From contig OZ024748.1 in assembly GCA_964016885.1 (NCBI GenBank), positions 3,906,001-3,970,000 on the forward strand: a DNA stretch of 64,000 nucleotides, given 5' to 3'. Source of the stretch: Eledone cirrhosa (lineage: Eukaryota). A program made the position numbers and the translations under genes. Positions within the stretch are counted from its first letter, which is position 1. The number at the start of each line of letters is the position of its first letter. The notes beneath the pieces were generated by a model, which did not search any database, was not told the DNA's origin, and saw only the letters and a list, made by a program, of their open reading frames with translations. Of the stretch, positions 44,801 through 58,096 are shown one piece after another.

Positions 44801-45289
44801 CGAGGGGCTCTACCCGTTCGAGAGAGGCTCTACAGACACGGGCGCCCGGGCAGGGATCCCTCAAAAAAGATTTGCCCTAGATGCGTGCGTCACGAAGAAA
44901 CCGTGGCGCACGCATTGGTGCAATGTCCGGGCGTGGCTGATCTGTGGGGCTACGCCGAACAACTGCTGTCGCGGGTGGCGCCGATTAAATTGACAGCCGA
45001 GTCCGTGATGACAATCAAACCGCCTCCCCTCTTCACAAAGGAAGCAAAGGCGGTTTTTCTGTGCGTAATAGCCATGTTGAAAGAGGTTGTTTGGTGGACA
45101 CGATTGAAAGGTCTGAGGTCAGGCAACTTCCTCTCTGGCCATAGTCTGGTCTACTTCTTCCGATATCACTTCGGAAGAAGGATAAGAATGGAGAGAGAGG
45201 TGCTTGGCCACAGGCAGTTTTATGAAAGGTGGGTGATAGTGGCGAGAATGGCTCGTGTAAATGGGCCTTCTCTGTATACCATCCTGTAG
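41852..45289 (+). CDS. ORF2 APE endonuclease-reverse transcriptase, 1145 aa
   Basis: EN: LNARGL, CETR, VYSP, GDWND, YLDR, TDH. RT: SPGLDG, RPITLLN, LDQSKAFDRV, RQGCPLS, YADD (43907-43918). C-terminal CPRC-x8-H-x4-C. Confidence 0.97.
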   Translation: MDVLRVGCLNARGLGSTWKQAKLLNDLRSCSINVMVICETRISVMRQLAPTFDDFEVHASLCQPGGGGGVVVLMQKHLGLAVQVVHSDPEGRLLVLDVGSSESAALRLVAVYSPFGAERPDFFQRLETFLGTSRSLLLAGDWNDILDARWDYAGACPNRGGCNSLKGLLDRFNLVDRYRLDFPTVPTWTWRNHSGQSRSYLDRFLVRSKDRDILSCPEMRTVGYTDHKLVTCVVNLEKTHRQGPGYWKLNLSLPAKETYRNRISRLVKERLTGAIVNNRWWASLKREIRTESISYSKMLAANRNRNEKELTGKLEEAIKSEDVARVLASRTALNQFFDAKHEGCVIRSKIRALGNEGAKAVGWARVTEAKSGNRSTIRSLQDEDGRVIREPKQMCEAFQKHFARLFGGGEGPGRGVDFGPYLDGLPRLSNKEAESCEGPISADEIGDALSQCSRRKSPGLDGIPYELYLAMPVFFSELLEAVYCNWQQNGRIPCSVAKGVVTLVRKDENKGDSINNFRPITLLNTELKILAKVLAKRLALVVGGLVGDAQTCAIPSRSIHDNLHLMRYIIERVGNKPGFGGALINLDQSKAFDRVDHGYLDAVLAAAGFGPVFRGWITALHSNHICSRIKVNGYLSKPFEITRSIRQGCPLSSLLYVLTLEPLLRKLELLQGIPLEPGLSKAVSAYADDVTVMVSTDSEIEAIGTLLEEYERLSGAKLNREKSIGLQLGTWRGRPMPPDGVVGHWTEGPVKLLGVWFGPDLQVEKNWNEVTNKVFALTQKWAKCKLSLKGRAEVANIYIASVTYYRLTVVPCPKETLTTMERMLFQFLWKKRPPMVRRSICCQQPSKGGLGMPWLMMRRHALRLRHLQVFLTGQPVWAPFVKRAFPRLVSLTELQSWVKQRSGKLGDWHTECAQALRALWQAGRAIGGESTSSFYRGLVASRGDDTLGESLDMEEDELASLFGRTFGPGPMDNFQKSLAWQCYRGALPVRERLYRHGRPGRDPSKKICPRCVRHEETVAHALVQCPGVADLWGYAEQLLSRVAPIKLTAESVMTIKPPPLFTKEAKAVFLCVIAMLKEVVWWTRLKGLRSGNFLSGHSLVYFFRYHFGRRIRMEREVLGHRQFYERWVIVARMARVNGPSLYTIL

Positions 45290-45503
45290 GTAAAGAAGTA
45301 AAGGAGAGGGGAGCACCTTCTCCATGTGCTCCCCGGGCAAAGGATTGCACACTTTTTCGGGGGTGTGTGCAACCCCCATCACGTCCCCTCCCTTTTGAGG
45401 TTATTTTCGATTATTTTCATGTTACACCCTTTTTACTCGATTATATGTAAACTCCCCCTTTGTATTTGTCCCTTCTTTTTATGCCTTTATGGTAAATAAA
45501 GAA

Positions 45504-45539
<36 letters not shown>
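45504..45539. repeat. (ATCT)n
   Basis: 3' flank of the full-length element. Confidence 0.95.
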
Positions 45540-45739
45540 GCCTAACTCACTACATAACTAGCTATCTTTCTGTTTAACTATTTACCTCACAACTTACCTA
45601 ATTATCTCAATATTTATTTACCTATCAAAATGTACTTTAAAATGTTATGCCATAACACGTGACTAGCAACTTATTTTAGTAAATGGCCTACTGTTGACTT
45701 CTATCAGTTTTGCCCGTTGTCCATATGTATATTACGACA

Positions 45740-45955
45740 AATCCATCATGGCGACCAACTACTTGGACGACATGGAGATCAACAGTGTTCTCCATCCTCC
45801 TTACAGTCCATACTTAGTCACATGTGACTTCTGGATGTTCTCGAAGCTGAAGGAGAAGCTCAAGGGTATCCTTTTCAAGGATGTGCAGGACTTCAAGGGC
45901 CCCTTCCAGAAGTAGCTGGAGTACTACAAGAGCATTGAAGCTGGAGGACCCTACG
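45740..45955 (+). pseudogene. mariner transposase C-terminal remnant
   Basis: VLHPPYSPYLVTCDFWMFSKLKEKLKG matches the HPPYSPDLAP.DF motif; the catalytic D is lost. Confidence 0.8.
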
Positions 45956-46058
45956 AACTTCCACAGGGTTTTCCGTGTATATTGTAAATACGCACAAACA
46001 CATATACACATGACGTGTAATATAATTGTTTGTGTATGAATGGCTCTCTCTCTCTCTC

Positions 46059-46132
<74 letters not shown>

Positions 46133-46154
46133 CCTCTCTCTCTCTCTCTCGCTT

Positions 46155-46197
<43 letters not shown>

Positions 46198-46295
46198 TTA
46201 TATATATATATATATATTTCGTTTTTGAATTTGTTAGATTTCTTATGTGAAAACGAGTGTTGAAACAGATATTATTATACTTTTATTGGCAGTAT

Positions 46296-46663
<368 letters not shown>

Positions 46664-46771
46664 AGCGGGGGGGGGGTGTATATAAACATACACGCACATA
46701 TATTTATACATGTATAGATGTATCTGTAACCATGTAATTATATATATATATAAATATATATATATATAAAT

Positions 46772-46802
<31 letters not shown>

Positions 46803-46804
46803 AA

Positions 46805-46858
<54 letters not shown>

Positions 46859-47265
46859 ATATGTATGTATGAGTGTATGAGGTATGAATATGCTTGGATA
46901 TGTGTGTATGTGTGTATATGTAAGTATATATGTATATGCATGTATGTATATCTGTATCTATTTGTGTATGTGTATGTGTGTATAACTGGCAGAAACAGCC
47001 ATAAAATAGGAGAGAAATTGGGGCTCAGTCATCGCAGCTGACATCTTTTACGAGGTAACATTCAATTAACCCATGTCACGTGACGTATGTGACGGTTTTG
47101 GTGGAGGGGGGGGGGTACTGAAAGTGGTGATGGTGGAGGTGGTAGTGATGATGATGGTGGTGATGGTGGTGGGATTGGTGATGGTGCTGATGGTGGTGGT
47201 GGTGGAAATCATAAAGTTAAATTGACTGATAGTGAGAGCGTGGTAGAGACTGAGACAAGGATAGT

Positions 47266-47304
<39 letters not shown>

Positions 47305-47544
47305 AGACAAGGATAGAGAGCGAGAGTGGAGTGAGAGAGAGAGAGAGAGAGAAGGTGTGTAAGAGGGAAGATTGAGGACTGAGATGAGGATCGTTTGAGT
47401 GTGTGTGTATGTGTGAGTGTGTGTGTATGTGTGAGTGTGTGTGAGTGTGTGTCTATATGTGTGTGGGGAATGGTGATGGTGTAGGAGATAACAAAGATTC
47501 ACTGATTGTGTTAACATGTGCATGCGTGTGACAATATATATATA

Positions 47545-47575
<31 letters not shown>

Positions 47576-47577
47576 AC

Positions 47578-47694
<117 letters not shown>

Positions 47695-47705
47695 TATATA
47701 TATAT

Positions 47706-47754
<49 letters not shown>

Positions 47755-47900
47755 ATATATATATATATATATACAATTATATATATATATATATACATAT
47801 ATAAATGTATATATATGTATATATATATCTGTATATATATAGATATATATATGTGTGTGTATATATATATATATACACACATATATATGAACATATATAC

Positions 47901-48033
47901 ACTTTTATTTTTTATCGACCCCATAAGGATGAAAGGCAAAGCAGGATTTGAACTCAGATCGTAAAGGGGCGTAACCCTATGCCATAAAGCATGTTGTCCG
48001 ACGCTCTACAGATACTGCCAATCCACCGCCCTT
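47901..48033 (-). mobile_element. Meta-like SINE, 3'-truncated
   Basis: Reverse complement of the head and core. Confidence 0.75.
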
Positions 48034-48740
48034 ACACACACACACGTTTGTGTGTATTATGGGTACTCGTGTTTGTGGAATATTCTGCCACTTGCGCAGG
48101 TTTTTCCGTTGAATCTGCTGGAACAACTGGAACACTCATCGTCGAAACCGACGGAGTACCATCACATTTTTTTTTTCTCTCGTACATGTGGTGTACGTGT
48201 AACACATAAAGCCGATGTAATATTCTAAAGCCGTTGTGCAAGAAGGAGTTGATTGAAGAGAGAAAATATCGACAAAGAAATTAATATAACTATAAATGTT
48301 TATTTAATTCACCATATAACCGCCATAACTGTAAACGATCAACGACAGACAGAGCGACAAAGAGAACGAAAGAAAGACAGAAGAAATAAAACAAAAAGAC
48401 AACGAAACAAAAAGACACGATGAAATAAAATGAAATACGAAACAACAATAACAAAAAAAATCAAAACAAAAAACAACAAATAACAAAACAAAAAAGATTC
48501 ACAAGCAAAGAAAACAAAATGGCGGCCAATCCAATCCAATTTTTTCTTCTTTCGTAAGATCAAAGTTAAGGGCGAGGCAGGGAAGAAGAAGAACAAGAAA
48601 AATATAGAGAATGGCAGTAAAGGGAGATAATTAATGAGGAAGTTCCGCAATTCATTGATTTTTATAAATTATAAAATTATATATATGTTTGTAAATTATT
48701 GGATTTTTTTTATTATTTACTTTAAGTCGATTATTTATTT

Positions 48741-48778
<38 letters not shown>

Positions 48779-49331
48779 TATTTATTTGTATATTTATTTT
48801 TATATATATTTATTTGTATATTTATTTATGTTATTATTCGTATATTTATTTGTATATATATATATATATTTATGTATTTATTTGTATGTTTATTTGTATA
48901 TATATTTATGCAATTATTCGTATATCTATTTGTATGTCTATTTGTATATCTATTTGTATATCTATTTGTATATTTATTTGTATATATATTTATGTATTTA
49001 TTTGTATATTTATTTGTATATATATTTGTATATTTATTTGTATGTTTATTTTTATATTTAAGTATTTATGTGTTTTTAACATTATTTATTCATGTATTTA
49101 TTTAATATATTTGATTTAATTTCAGTTGATTTATTTATTTATTTAAACAGACAAACGATTAAGTCGCCATTTTTGTTGACATTGTTATTCTTTTTTTAAA
49201 TTTCACCTTTTATAAGTAAACATACATACACACACATACCTATATATATGTATATATATATGTATTATATATATGTATATATATATGTATATATGTATAC
49301 ATATGTATTAAATATATATATATATTATATT

Positions 49332-49363
<32 letters not shown>

Positions 49364-50059
49364 ATATATATCTATACATACATACACAAATGCATGCATA
49401 CATCACATACACACACACATACACACAGGCACACCCAGATACACACAGACAGACAGACACACACAAACATGCACACATACACACATACACACACACACAT
49501 ACATCTTTTTATCCTTCGCTGAATCAGATTTTATTTTTAATGATGATTTTTAGTACTTATTTATTATTTGTTTATTTATTATTATTACAAAAAAAAAAGA
49601 CTCACAATGTACCGTCTTTATTGTCCTCTTAATGTAAGCCCTGTGTGGTAGTTGTGAAATACCAGGAGCTGCATGAGAATGAAATAGAGATGGAGGAAGA
49701 TTCTGTCGGTCTAAAACAACTGATAAGTCCTCCGTAAATTCAATAGCACAAGTCCTTATATAGATAGCAAACCACTTCTTACACGCTGTGTTGAGATAAA
49801 TATTTATGATTTAATTAATTATGTTGCCAAGCGAATGCACGTCATTGAAATCAGATTAGTCATTTCAGTTAGGTTCTACATTGTGTTTGACGTGAATAGC
49901 AATTGTTATAAAGTCCCTCAGTAGGTGGAATCTTAGCGGTAGCTGTCTTCTGATGAACATAGAAAGATATGTAAAACGTGTCAAGGTAAACATCTTACGT
50001 TATTCTGTGTGGAAAGGGAACCTCAGAAAAATGTGTTTACACTTCATTATTTTCACAGT

Positions 50060-50242
50060 GGGGTGAATTGGCAGTATCGGTAGAGGGTTAGACGCCATGC
50101 TTTCTAGCATAGTTACGTCCCTTTACGATCTGAGTTCAAATCCCGCCGAGGTTAACTTTGCCTTTCATCCTTACAGGGTCGATAAAATAAAGTACCAGTA
50201 ATGTACTGGATAATTGCTAGCCTTGTGTCTAAAGTAGAAACA
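50060..50242 (+). mobile_element. full-length Meta-like SINE with 14-bp target-site duplication
   Basis: ATTATTTTCACAGT at 50046-50059 and 50243-50256; A and B boxes present. Confidence 0.88.
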
Positions 50243-50666
50243 ATTATTTTCACAGTAGGGGTTCTAATTCAAAAACTGTACTGATATTTATAATAAATTT
50301 ATCTTCTAGGATAATTATTTGTTACAGACTCGCACAGACACATACACACACATTCACATAGATACCCACACTTACACGCATACACACACATTGAATTAGA
50401 TGTATATCATCAACAGTTCCACCATTCTTCTTCTTCTTCTTCTTCTTCTTCTTCTTCTTCTTCTTCTTCTTCTTCTTCTTCTTCTTCTTCTTCTTCTCCT
50501 CCTCCTCCCAATCTCAGCAATTCCCCCACCCCCTACACCACCCCAGTTGTTCACTCAATCCAAATTAAATGGATATAGCAATGAATTAGAAAATAAATAT
50601 ATAAAACTATAAATATAATTAAAAAAACAACACAAAATTACCATGAAAGATTCAATCCACAAATAT

Positions 50667-50697
<31 letters not shown>

Positions 50698-51079
50698 ACA
50701 CTAAAACAATAATAACAATAATAATAACAACAACAACAATAACAACAACAATAAACAGTAAACCAATAACAACAACAACAGCAACAATCAGAACAACAAC
50801 AACGACAACAACAAAGACAGCAACAACAATAACAATAAAGACACCAACAACAATCAGAACAACAACAACAACAACAAAGACAGCAGGGGGTAGAATAGTG
50901 ATAAATGTGGTTGTAGCAGTGGTAGTGGTGATAGTGGTAGTGATGGTAGTGGTGGTAGTGGGTTTGATAGTGGTAGTGGTGGTAGTGGGTTTGATAGTGG
51001 TAGTGGTGGTAGTAGTGGTATCGTTATTAATGATTGTGGCAGTTGTAGATGTGGTTGTGTGGGTATCTACAGAGGTAGG

Positions 51080-51556
51080 TAGTGACAGTGGTACTGGTAG
51101 TAGTGGTACTGGTGGTAGTGGTGGTAGTGGTACTGGTGGTAGTGACAGTGGTATTGATGGTAATGGTACTGGTGGTAGTGACAGTGGTACTGGTGGTAAT
51201 AGTACTGGTGGTAGTGGTATTGGTGGTAGTGGTGGTAGTGGTACTGGTGGTAGTGACAGTGGTATTGATGGTAATGGTACTGGTGGTAGTGACAGTGGTA
51301 CTGATGGTAATAGTACTGGTGGTAGTGGTATTGGTGGTAGTGGTAGTAGTGGTACTGGTGGTAGTGACAGTGGTAGTGATACTGGTGGTAGTGGTACTGG
51401 TGGTAGTGACAGTGGTAGTGGTACTGGTGGTAGTGACAGTGGTAGTGATACTGGTGGTAGTGGTACTGGTGGTAGTGACAGTGGTAGTGGTACTGGTGGT
51501 AGTGACAGTGGTAGTGGTACTGGTGGTAGTGACAGTGGTAGTGGTACTGGTGGTAG
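51080..51556. repeat. GGT/AGT-derived compound minisatellite
   Basis: Repeated GGTACTGGTGGTAGTGACAGT modules. Confidence 0.9.
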
Positions 51557-51630
51557 TGCAGTGATAGATGATAACTATGTGTTAGAAAGGCTGATTGCTC
51601 CCCACTGTCTGGTATACCTAACATCTTTCA

Positions 51631-54222
51631 TATAGTACCTTTCTTCCAGTCATAGACACATATAGTACCTTTCTTCCAGTCATAGACACACATAGTACCT
51701 TTCTTCCAGTCATAGACACACATAGTACCTTTCTTCCAGTCATAGACACACATAGTACCTTTCTTCCAGTCATAGACACACATAGTACCTTTCTTCCAGT
51801 CATAGACACACATAGTACCTTTCTTCCAGTCATAGACACACATAGTACCTTTCTTCCAGTCATAGACACACATAGTACCTTTCTTCCAGTCATAGACACA
51901 CATAGTACCTTTCTTCCAGTCATAGACACACATAGTACCTTTCTTCCAGTCATAGACACACATAGTGCCTTTCTTCCAGTCATAGACACACATAGTGCCT
52001 TTCTTCCAGTCATAGACACACATAGTACCTTTCTTCCAGTCATAGACACACATAGTACCTTTCTTCCAGTCATAGACACACATAGTACCTTTCTTCCAGT
52101 CATAGACACATATAGTACCTTTCTTCCAGTCATAGACACACATAGTACCTTTCTTCCAGTCATAGACACACATAGTGCCTTTCTTCCAGTCATAGACACA
52201 CATAGTACCTTTCTTCCAGTCATAGACACACATAGTGCCTTTCTTCCAGTCATAGACACATATAGTACCTTTCTTCCAGTCATAGACACACATAGTACCT
52301 TTCTTCCAGTCATAGACACACATAGTGCCTTTCTTCCAGTCATAGACACACATAGTACCTTTCTTCCAGTCATAGACACACATAGTACCTTTCTTCCAGT
52401 CATAGACACACATAGTACCTTTCTTCCAGTCATAGACACATATAGTACCTTTCTTCCAGTCATAGACACACATAGTACCTTTCTTCCAGTCATAGACACA
52501 TATAGTACCTTTCTTCCAGTCATAGACACATATAGTACCTTTCTTCCAGTCATAGACACACATAGTACCTTTCTTCCAGTCATAGACACATATAGTACCT
52601 TTCTTCCAGTCATAGACACATATAGTACCTTTCTTCCAGTCATAGACACACATAGTACCTTTCTTCCAGTCATAGACACACATAGTACCTTTCTTCCAGT
52701 CATAGACACACATAGTGCCTTTCTTCCAGTCATAGACACATATAGTACCTTTCTTCCAGTCATAGACACACATAGTACCTTTCTTCCAGTCATAGACACA
52801 TATAGTACCTTTCTTCCAGTCATAGACACACATAGTACCTTTCTTCCAGTCATAGACACACATAGTACCTTTCTTCCAGTCATAGACACACATAGTACCT
52901 TTCTTCCAGTCATAGACACACATAGTACCTTTCTTCCAGTCATAGACACACATAGTGCCTTTCTTCCAGTCATAGACACATATAGTACCTTTCTTCCAGT
53001 CATAGACACACATAGTACCTTTCTTCCAGTCATAGACACACATAGTACCTTTCTTCCAGTCATAGACACACATAGTACCTTTCTTCCAGTCATAGACACA
53101 CATAGTGCCTTTCTTCCAGTCATAGACACATATAGTACCTTTCTTCCAGTCATAGACACACATAGTACCTTTCTTCCAGTCATAGACACACATAGTACCT
53201 TTCTTCCAGTCATAGACACATATAGTACCTTTCTTCCAGTCATAGACACACATAGTGCCTTTCTTCCAGTCATAGACACATATAGTACCTTTCTTCCAGT
53301 CATAGACACACATAGTACCTTTCTTCCAGTCATAGACACACATAGTACCTTTCTTCCAGTCATAGACACACATAGTACCGTTCTTCCAGTCATAGACACA
53401 TATAGTACCTTTCTTCCAGTAATAGACACACATAGTACCTTTCTTCCAGTCATAGACACACATAGTACCTTTCTTCCAGTCATAGACACATATAGTACCT
53501 TTCTTCCAGTCATAGACACACATAGTACCTTTCTTCCAGTCATAGACACACATAGTACCTTTCTTCCAGTCATAGACACACATAGTACCTTTCTTCCAGT
53601 CATAGACACATATAGTACCTTTCTTCCAGTCATAGACACACATAGTACCTTTCTTCCAGTCATAGACACACATAGTACCTTTCTTCCAGTCATAGACACA
53701 CATAGTACCTTTCTTCCAGTCATAGACACATATAGTACCTTTCTTCCAGTCATAGACACATATAGTACCTTTCTTCCAGTCATAGACACACATAGTACCT
53801 TTCTTCCAGTCATAGACACACATAGTACCTTTCTTCCAGTCATAGACACATATAGTACCTTTCTTCCAGTCATAGACACACATACTACCTTTCTTCCAGT
53901 CATAGACACACATAGTACCTTTCTTCCAGTCATAGACACACATAGTACCTTTCTTCCAGTCATAGACACACATAGTACCTTTCTTCCAGTCATAGACACA
54001 CATAGTACCTTTCTTCCAGTCATAGACACACATAGTACCTTTCTTCCAGTCATAGACACATATAGTACCTTTCTTCCAGTCATAGACACACATAGTACCT
54101 TTCTTCCAGTCATAGACACACATAGTACCTTTCTTCCAGTCATAGACACACATAGTACCTTTCTTCCAGTCATAGACACACATAGTACCTTTCTTCCAGT
54201 CATAGACACATATAGTACCTTT
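51631..54222. repeat. 30-bp minisatellite (CATAGTACCTTTCTTCCAGTCATAGACACA), about 86 units
   Basis: Exact 30-nt period, no indels, two recurrent variant positions. Confidence 0.98.
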
Positions 54223-54309
54223 CTAACTCTTATATATAGATATACATAGTATCTTTTTTATATATATAGTATCTTACAGTCATGGGTATATATAGTACCT
54301 TTGTTACAG

Positions 54310-54373
<64 letters not shown>

Positions 54374-54434
54374 CCCCCCCACACACACACACACACATAT
54401 ATATATATAGTACCTTTCTTACAGTTATATATAT

Positions 54435-54545
<111 letters not shown>

Positions 54546-54546
54546 C

Positions 54547-54842
54547 TTTACTCGCAATATTCATGTCATTTGTTATGGCCACGTCTATGATCTGACAGTA
54601 TTTGTCTTTCTTGTTCAATACGACAATGTCCTGTCTGTAATGTTTAATTATTCCATCTATCTTATAAGCATATCCCCATAATATCGTTGCTTTCCCATCA
54701 TCCTCATTACTTTACAACATACATCCTTATATCAATTCTCTATTACTTCATATTGGTATTTACGACAAAACAACCAATGAAGGTACAAACTGATTTTATT
54801 ATGGCGGCTCTTGCATTCTTTTTGTCCAAGGCTCTCACATCC
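54547..54842 (-). mobile_element. R4/Dong-like RLE endonuclease fragment
   Basis: GCESLGQKECKSRHNKISLYLHWLFCRKY..ILWGYAYKIDGIIKHYRQDIVVLNKKDKYCQIIDVAITNDMNIASK (RHN, R(P)D and IIDV motifs; stop and frameshift). Confidence 0.8.
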
Positions 54843-54850
54843 ATCTACCA

Positions 54851-54927
54851 ATTATATTCCCCCCCCCACTGTACCTGTCTTTGTATTGTCCCCTATATGT
54901 CGGTTCTTGTGGCCAATAAATGAAACC
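54851..54927 (+). mobile_element. Tx1-like 3' terminus followed by (GTT)n
   Basis: CCCCCC..CTTTGTATTGTCCCCT..TTGTGGCCAATAAATGAAACC. Confidence 0.55.
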
Positions 54928-54951
54928 GTTGTTGTTGTTGTTTTATTACAT

Positions 54952-55050
54952 CGAGGTTAACTTTGCCTTTCATCCTTACGGGGTCAATAAAATAAAGTAC
55001 CAGTAATGTACTGGGTAATTGCTGGCCTTGTGCCTAAAGTAGAAACAATT
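54952..55050 (+). mobile_element. 5'-truncated Meta-like SINE
   Basis: Core plus tail, then (ATT)n. Confidence 0.8.
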
Positions 55051-55393
55051 ATTATTATTATTATTATCATCATCATTATGATCATCATCCTCATCATCGT
55101 TATCATCATCATCATGATCATCATTATCATCATCATCATCATTGCGTTTATTGTTCTTGTTATATATATATTTTTATTTTTATTTAATACCATTTAAAAA
55201 AAAAAAAAAATGTTTGATAATTAAAATGAGGACACAAGGGATTTTAAAAATCAATTTTAGTTTCAGTTTACTCAAAATTCAGTAACTTGAAATACCGAAA
55301 TAATAAAAATAGTGAAATACGAAATAGGGATCAGGTCGTACAGATTTCAACATTACCATGAGATGCACAAACCGGAAATTGGAAACTAAAACG

Positions 55394-55482
<89 letters not shown>

Positions 55483-56840
55483 GTGTGCTTATATATATAT
55501 ATATACCCAAGAGCCAAAATATCGGTTCAAAAGATCGTACGGTCGGTCGTCCAATTCTTTAATTCCCTTATTCCTCGGTTCTACTATTCGTCCTCTCCTT
55601 TCTTTTCAATCGTTATTTTATATTTTATTTTTTTTTATATTTAATTTAAATCCTTTTCTATTTTGAAATTATTCTTTTCATTATTTTGTCACCGTTTCTA
55701 TTCTTTTGAATTTTTTTGTTTAACTATTTTAACATAAAAAAGGTAAAGCAAAAAATGATAAGAAATAAAAATAAATATGTTGATGCTGTTGTTGTTGTTG
55801 TGTTGTTGTTGTGTTGTTGTTGTGATATGTTGTTCTTATGTTGTTGTCGTTGTTGTTGCTCTGTTGTTGTTGTTGTTGTTGTGATATGCTGTTGTTGTTG
55901 TTGTTGTTTGTGGAATTCCTTACCTCAGGTTTCATGTAACGTTTTCCGGGGACAGAATTAAAATTGGTTTCAACTAAAATTAGTTTCAAACATTTCTCTT
56001 CTCTTCATAAAATAAAACAACACAACACACCACAACACCACACACCACCACAACACCACACACCACCACAACACCACACACCACCACAATACCACACAAC
56101 ACCACAACACCACACACCACCACAACACCACACAACACCACAACACAACACACCACACCACAACACAACACACCACAACACAACACATCACACCACAACA
56201 CACCACACCGCAACACAACATAACACAACACAACACAACTCACCACACAACACCACACAACACCATACAACACCGCACAACACACCACACCACAACACAC
56301 ACCAAACCACACCACACAACACACCACACCACAACACAACACATCACACCACAATACCACACACCACACACCAAACCACAACACACACCAAACCACACCA
56401 CACAATACAACACACCACACCACACCACACCACAACACACCACAACACAACACCACAACACAACACAACATAACAGTAGGGACTCTATTAAATCCTGGAC
56501 TCTATTAAAGATACACTGACGACTTAAAGAGGCATCAATTGAGTTGATTAAAATATTCCTTCTTCTTCTTCTTCTTCTTCTTCTTCTTCTTCTTCTTCTT
56601 CTTCTTCTTCTTCTTCTTCTTCTTCTTCTTCTTCTTCTTCTTCTTCTTCTTCTTCTCTCAACTCCCTCACCGCCTCCTCACCCCCTCTTCACCTCCTCTT
56701 CCTGGATCTTCCGGTTGTCCCTCTCTTAACTGTTATATGTCCTTGTCCCCTCCAAAACTCTCATTAGTCTTTTTCTCCATTTATCATTTCCAAGTTTCCA
56801 AGGATTTGATATAAAAACCCAAAAACAAAGAACCCCAACC

Positions 56841-56920
56841 CATCAAAACCCATCAAAACCCATCAAAACCCATCAAAACCCATCAAAACCCATCAAAACC
56901 CATCAAAACCCATCAAAACC
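56841..56920. repeat. (CATCAAAACC)8
   Basis: Eight perfect 10-mers. Confidence 0.95.
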
Positions 56921-57081
56921 CCGGTAAGATTTCTATCGACAAATTAATAGAATCCACAATTTATATCCTCCACCCTCCCTCTCTAGACCCCTCTCCTCTC
57001 TATTACTTTCTCTGCCCATTCCTCCTTCCCCTCTCTCCCTCTCTTCAAACACATCACTCTCTCTCTCTTCAGAGGCATCTC

Positions 57082-57132
<51 letters not shown>

Positions 57133-57526
57133 AGACACACCCACCCTCTCTCCCCCTCTCTCTCTTCAGACACCCCTCTCTCCCCCTCTCTCTTCAGACA
57201 CACCCACCCTCTCCCCTTCTCTCTTCAGACACCCCCTCTCTCTTCAGATGCAGCCCCCCTCTCTCTCAATATTCCAAGGACAGTATTTTATTATTTTATC
57301 CCACACTGTGACATCTCATTGATCCACAGCACCGTAAGTAAAGTTCGAAACTACATATATATATTTCGACAGCTGATGACCACAGAAATGTGTACTTGTT
57401 GCCTATATATATGGGGGTGTACATATATATATATGGGGGTGTACATATATATATATGGGGGTGTACATATATATATATGTAGTGACGAAACATAAGTCAA
57501 TTGCATGAACTCATAATCCTTTATTT

Positions 57527-57582
57527 ACTGGTATATATATTTCGATGATAGCCATTGAATGACTATGACCTCATCAGGCAGT
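57527..57582 (-). ncRNA. hammerhead ribozyme motif
   Basis: Minus strand CTGATGA-GGTC-ATAGTCA-TTCAA-TGGCTAT-CATC-GAAA-TATATATA. Confidence 0.6.
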
Positions 57583-57656
57583 TAGTCAGTTCTTATATAT
57601 GCCAGCTCTGTGTTTTTGGTGTTGATTGTATCAGAGCCTTGGGACATATATGTATA

Positions 57657-57813
57657 TAGGAAAATGTTTAACCCAGACGGCAGAGCTCAAGCCGTTTCGA
57701 CGGCTATTTCTGGAATCAAGGTTAAACATTTTCCTATTACCCACTCTACTACTCTAAGTATTGAGTACTCTGGTGCGTTATGGTCGATCTGGTTCCTTAC
57801 CACACCTCCTTCG

Positions 57814-57814
<1 letters not shown>
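57657..57814 (+). mobile_element. fold-back element family, copy 7 (right arm partly deleted)
   Basis: TAGGAAAATGTTTAACC...GGTTAAACATTTTCCTA plus tail. Confidence 0.85.
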
Positions 57815-57902
<88 letters not shown>

Positions 57903-58053
57903 TATATACAATATGTCTGAATCATGTAAGGAACACTTTTCAATTTTGTTTATTTTTTATACAACATATTTTTTTCTACGTTTACGTGTGCACATGTTTT
58001 TTGACATAGTGTTCATATGTATATATGTATGAATGTAAGTATGTATGTGTGCG

Positions 58054-58096
<43 letters not shown>

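Larger units (their letters stand above)
39711..45503 (+). mobile_element. full-length Tx1-clade (L1 group) non-LTR retrotransposon
   Basis: ~230-bp 5' UTR, two intact ORFs, ~210-bp 3' UTR with AATAAA (45495-45500), no poly(A), (ATCT)n on both sides. Confidence 0.92.

Noticed and set aside
50643-51635. 330-aa Thr/Val/Gly-Ser ORF resembling a membrane or silk-like protein
   Set aside because: Concatenated (ACA)n and (GGT/AGT)n repeats, open in multiple frames.
51618-54209. 863-aa and 851-aa repeat proteins, or a CRISPR-like array
   Set aside because: The unit length is a multiple of 3 and lacks stops in two frames; there are no unique spacers, no cas genes, and the context is eukaryotic.
56841-56920. 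Telomere-like repeat
   Set aside because: The 10-mer does not match TTAGGG; short interstitial tandem repeat.
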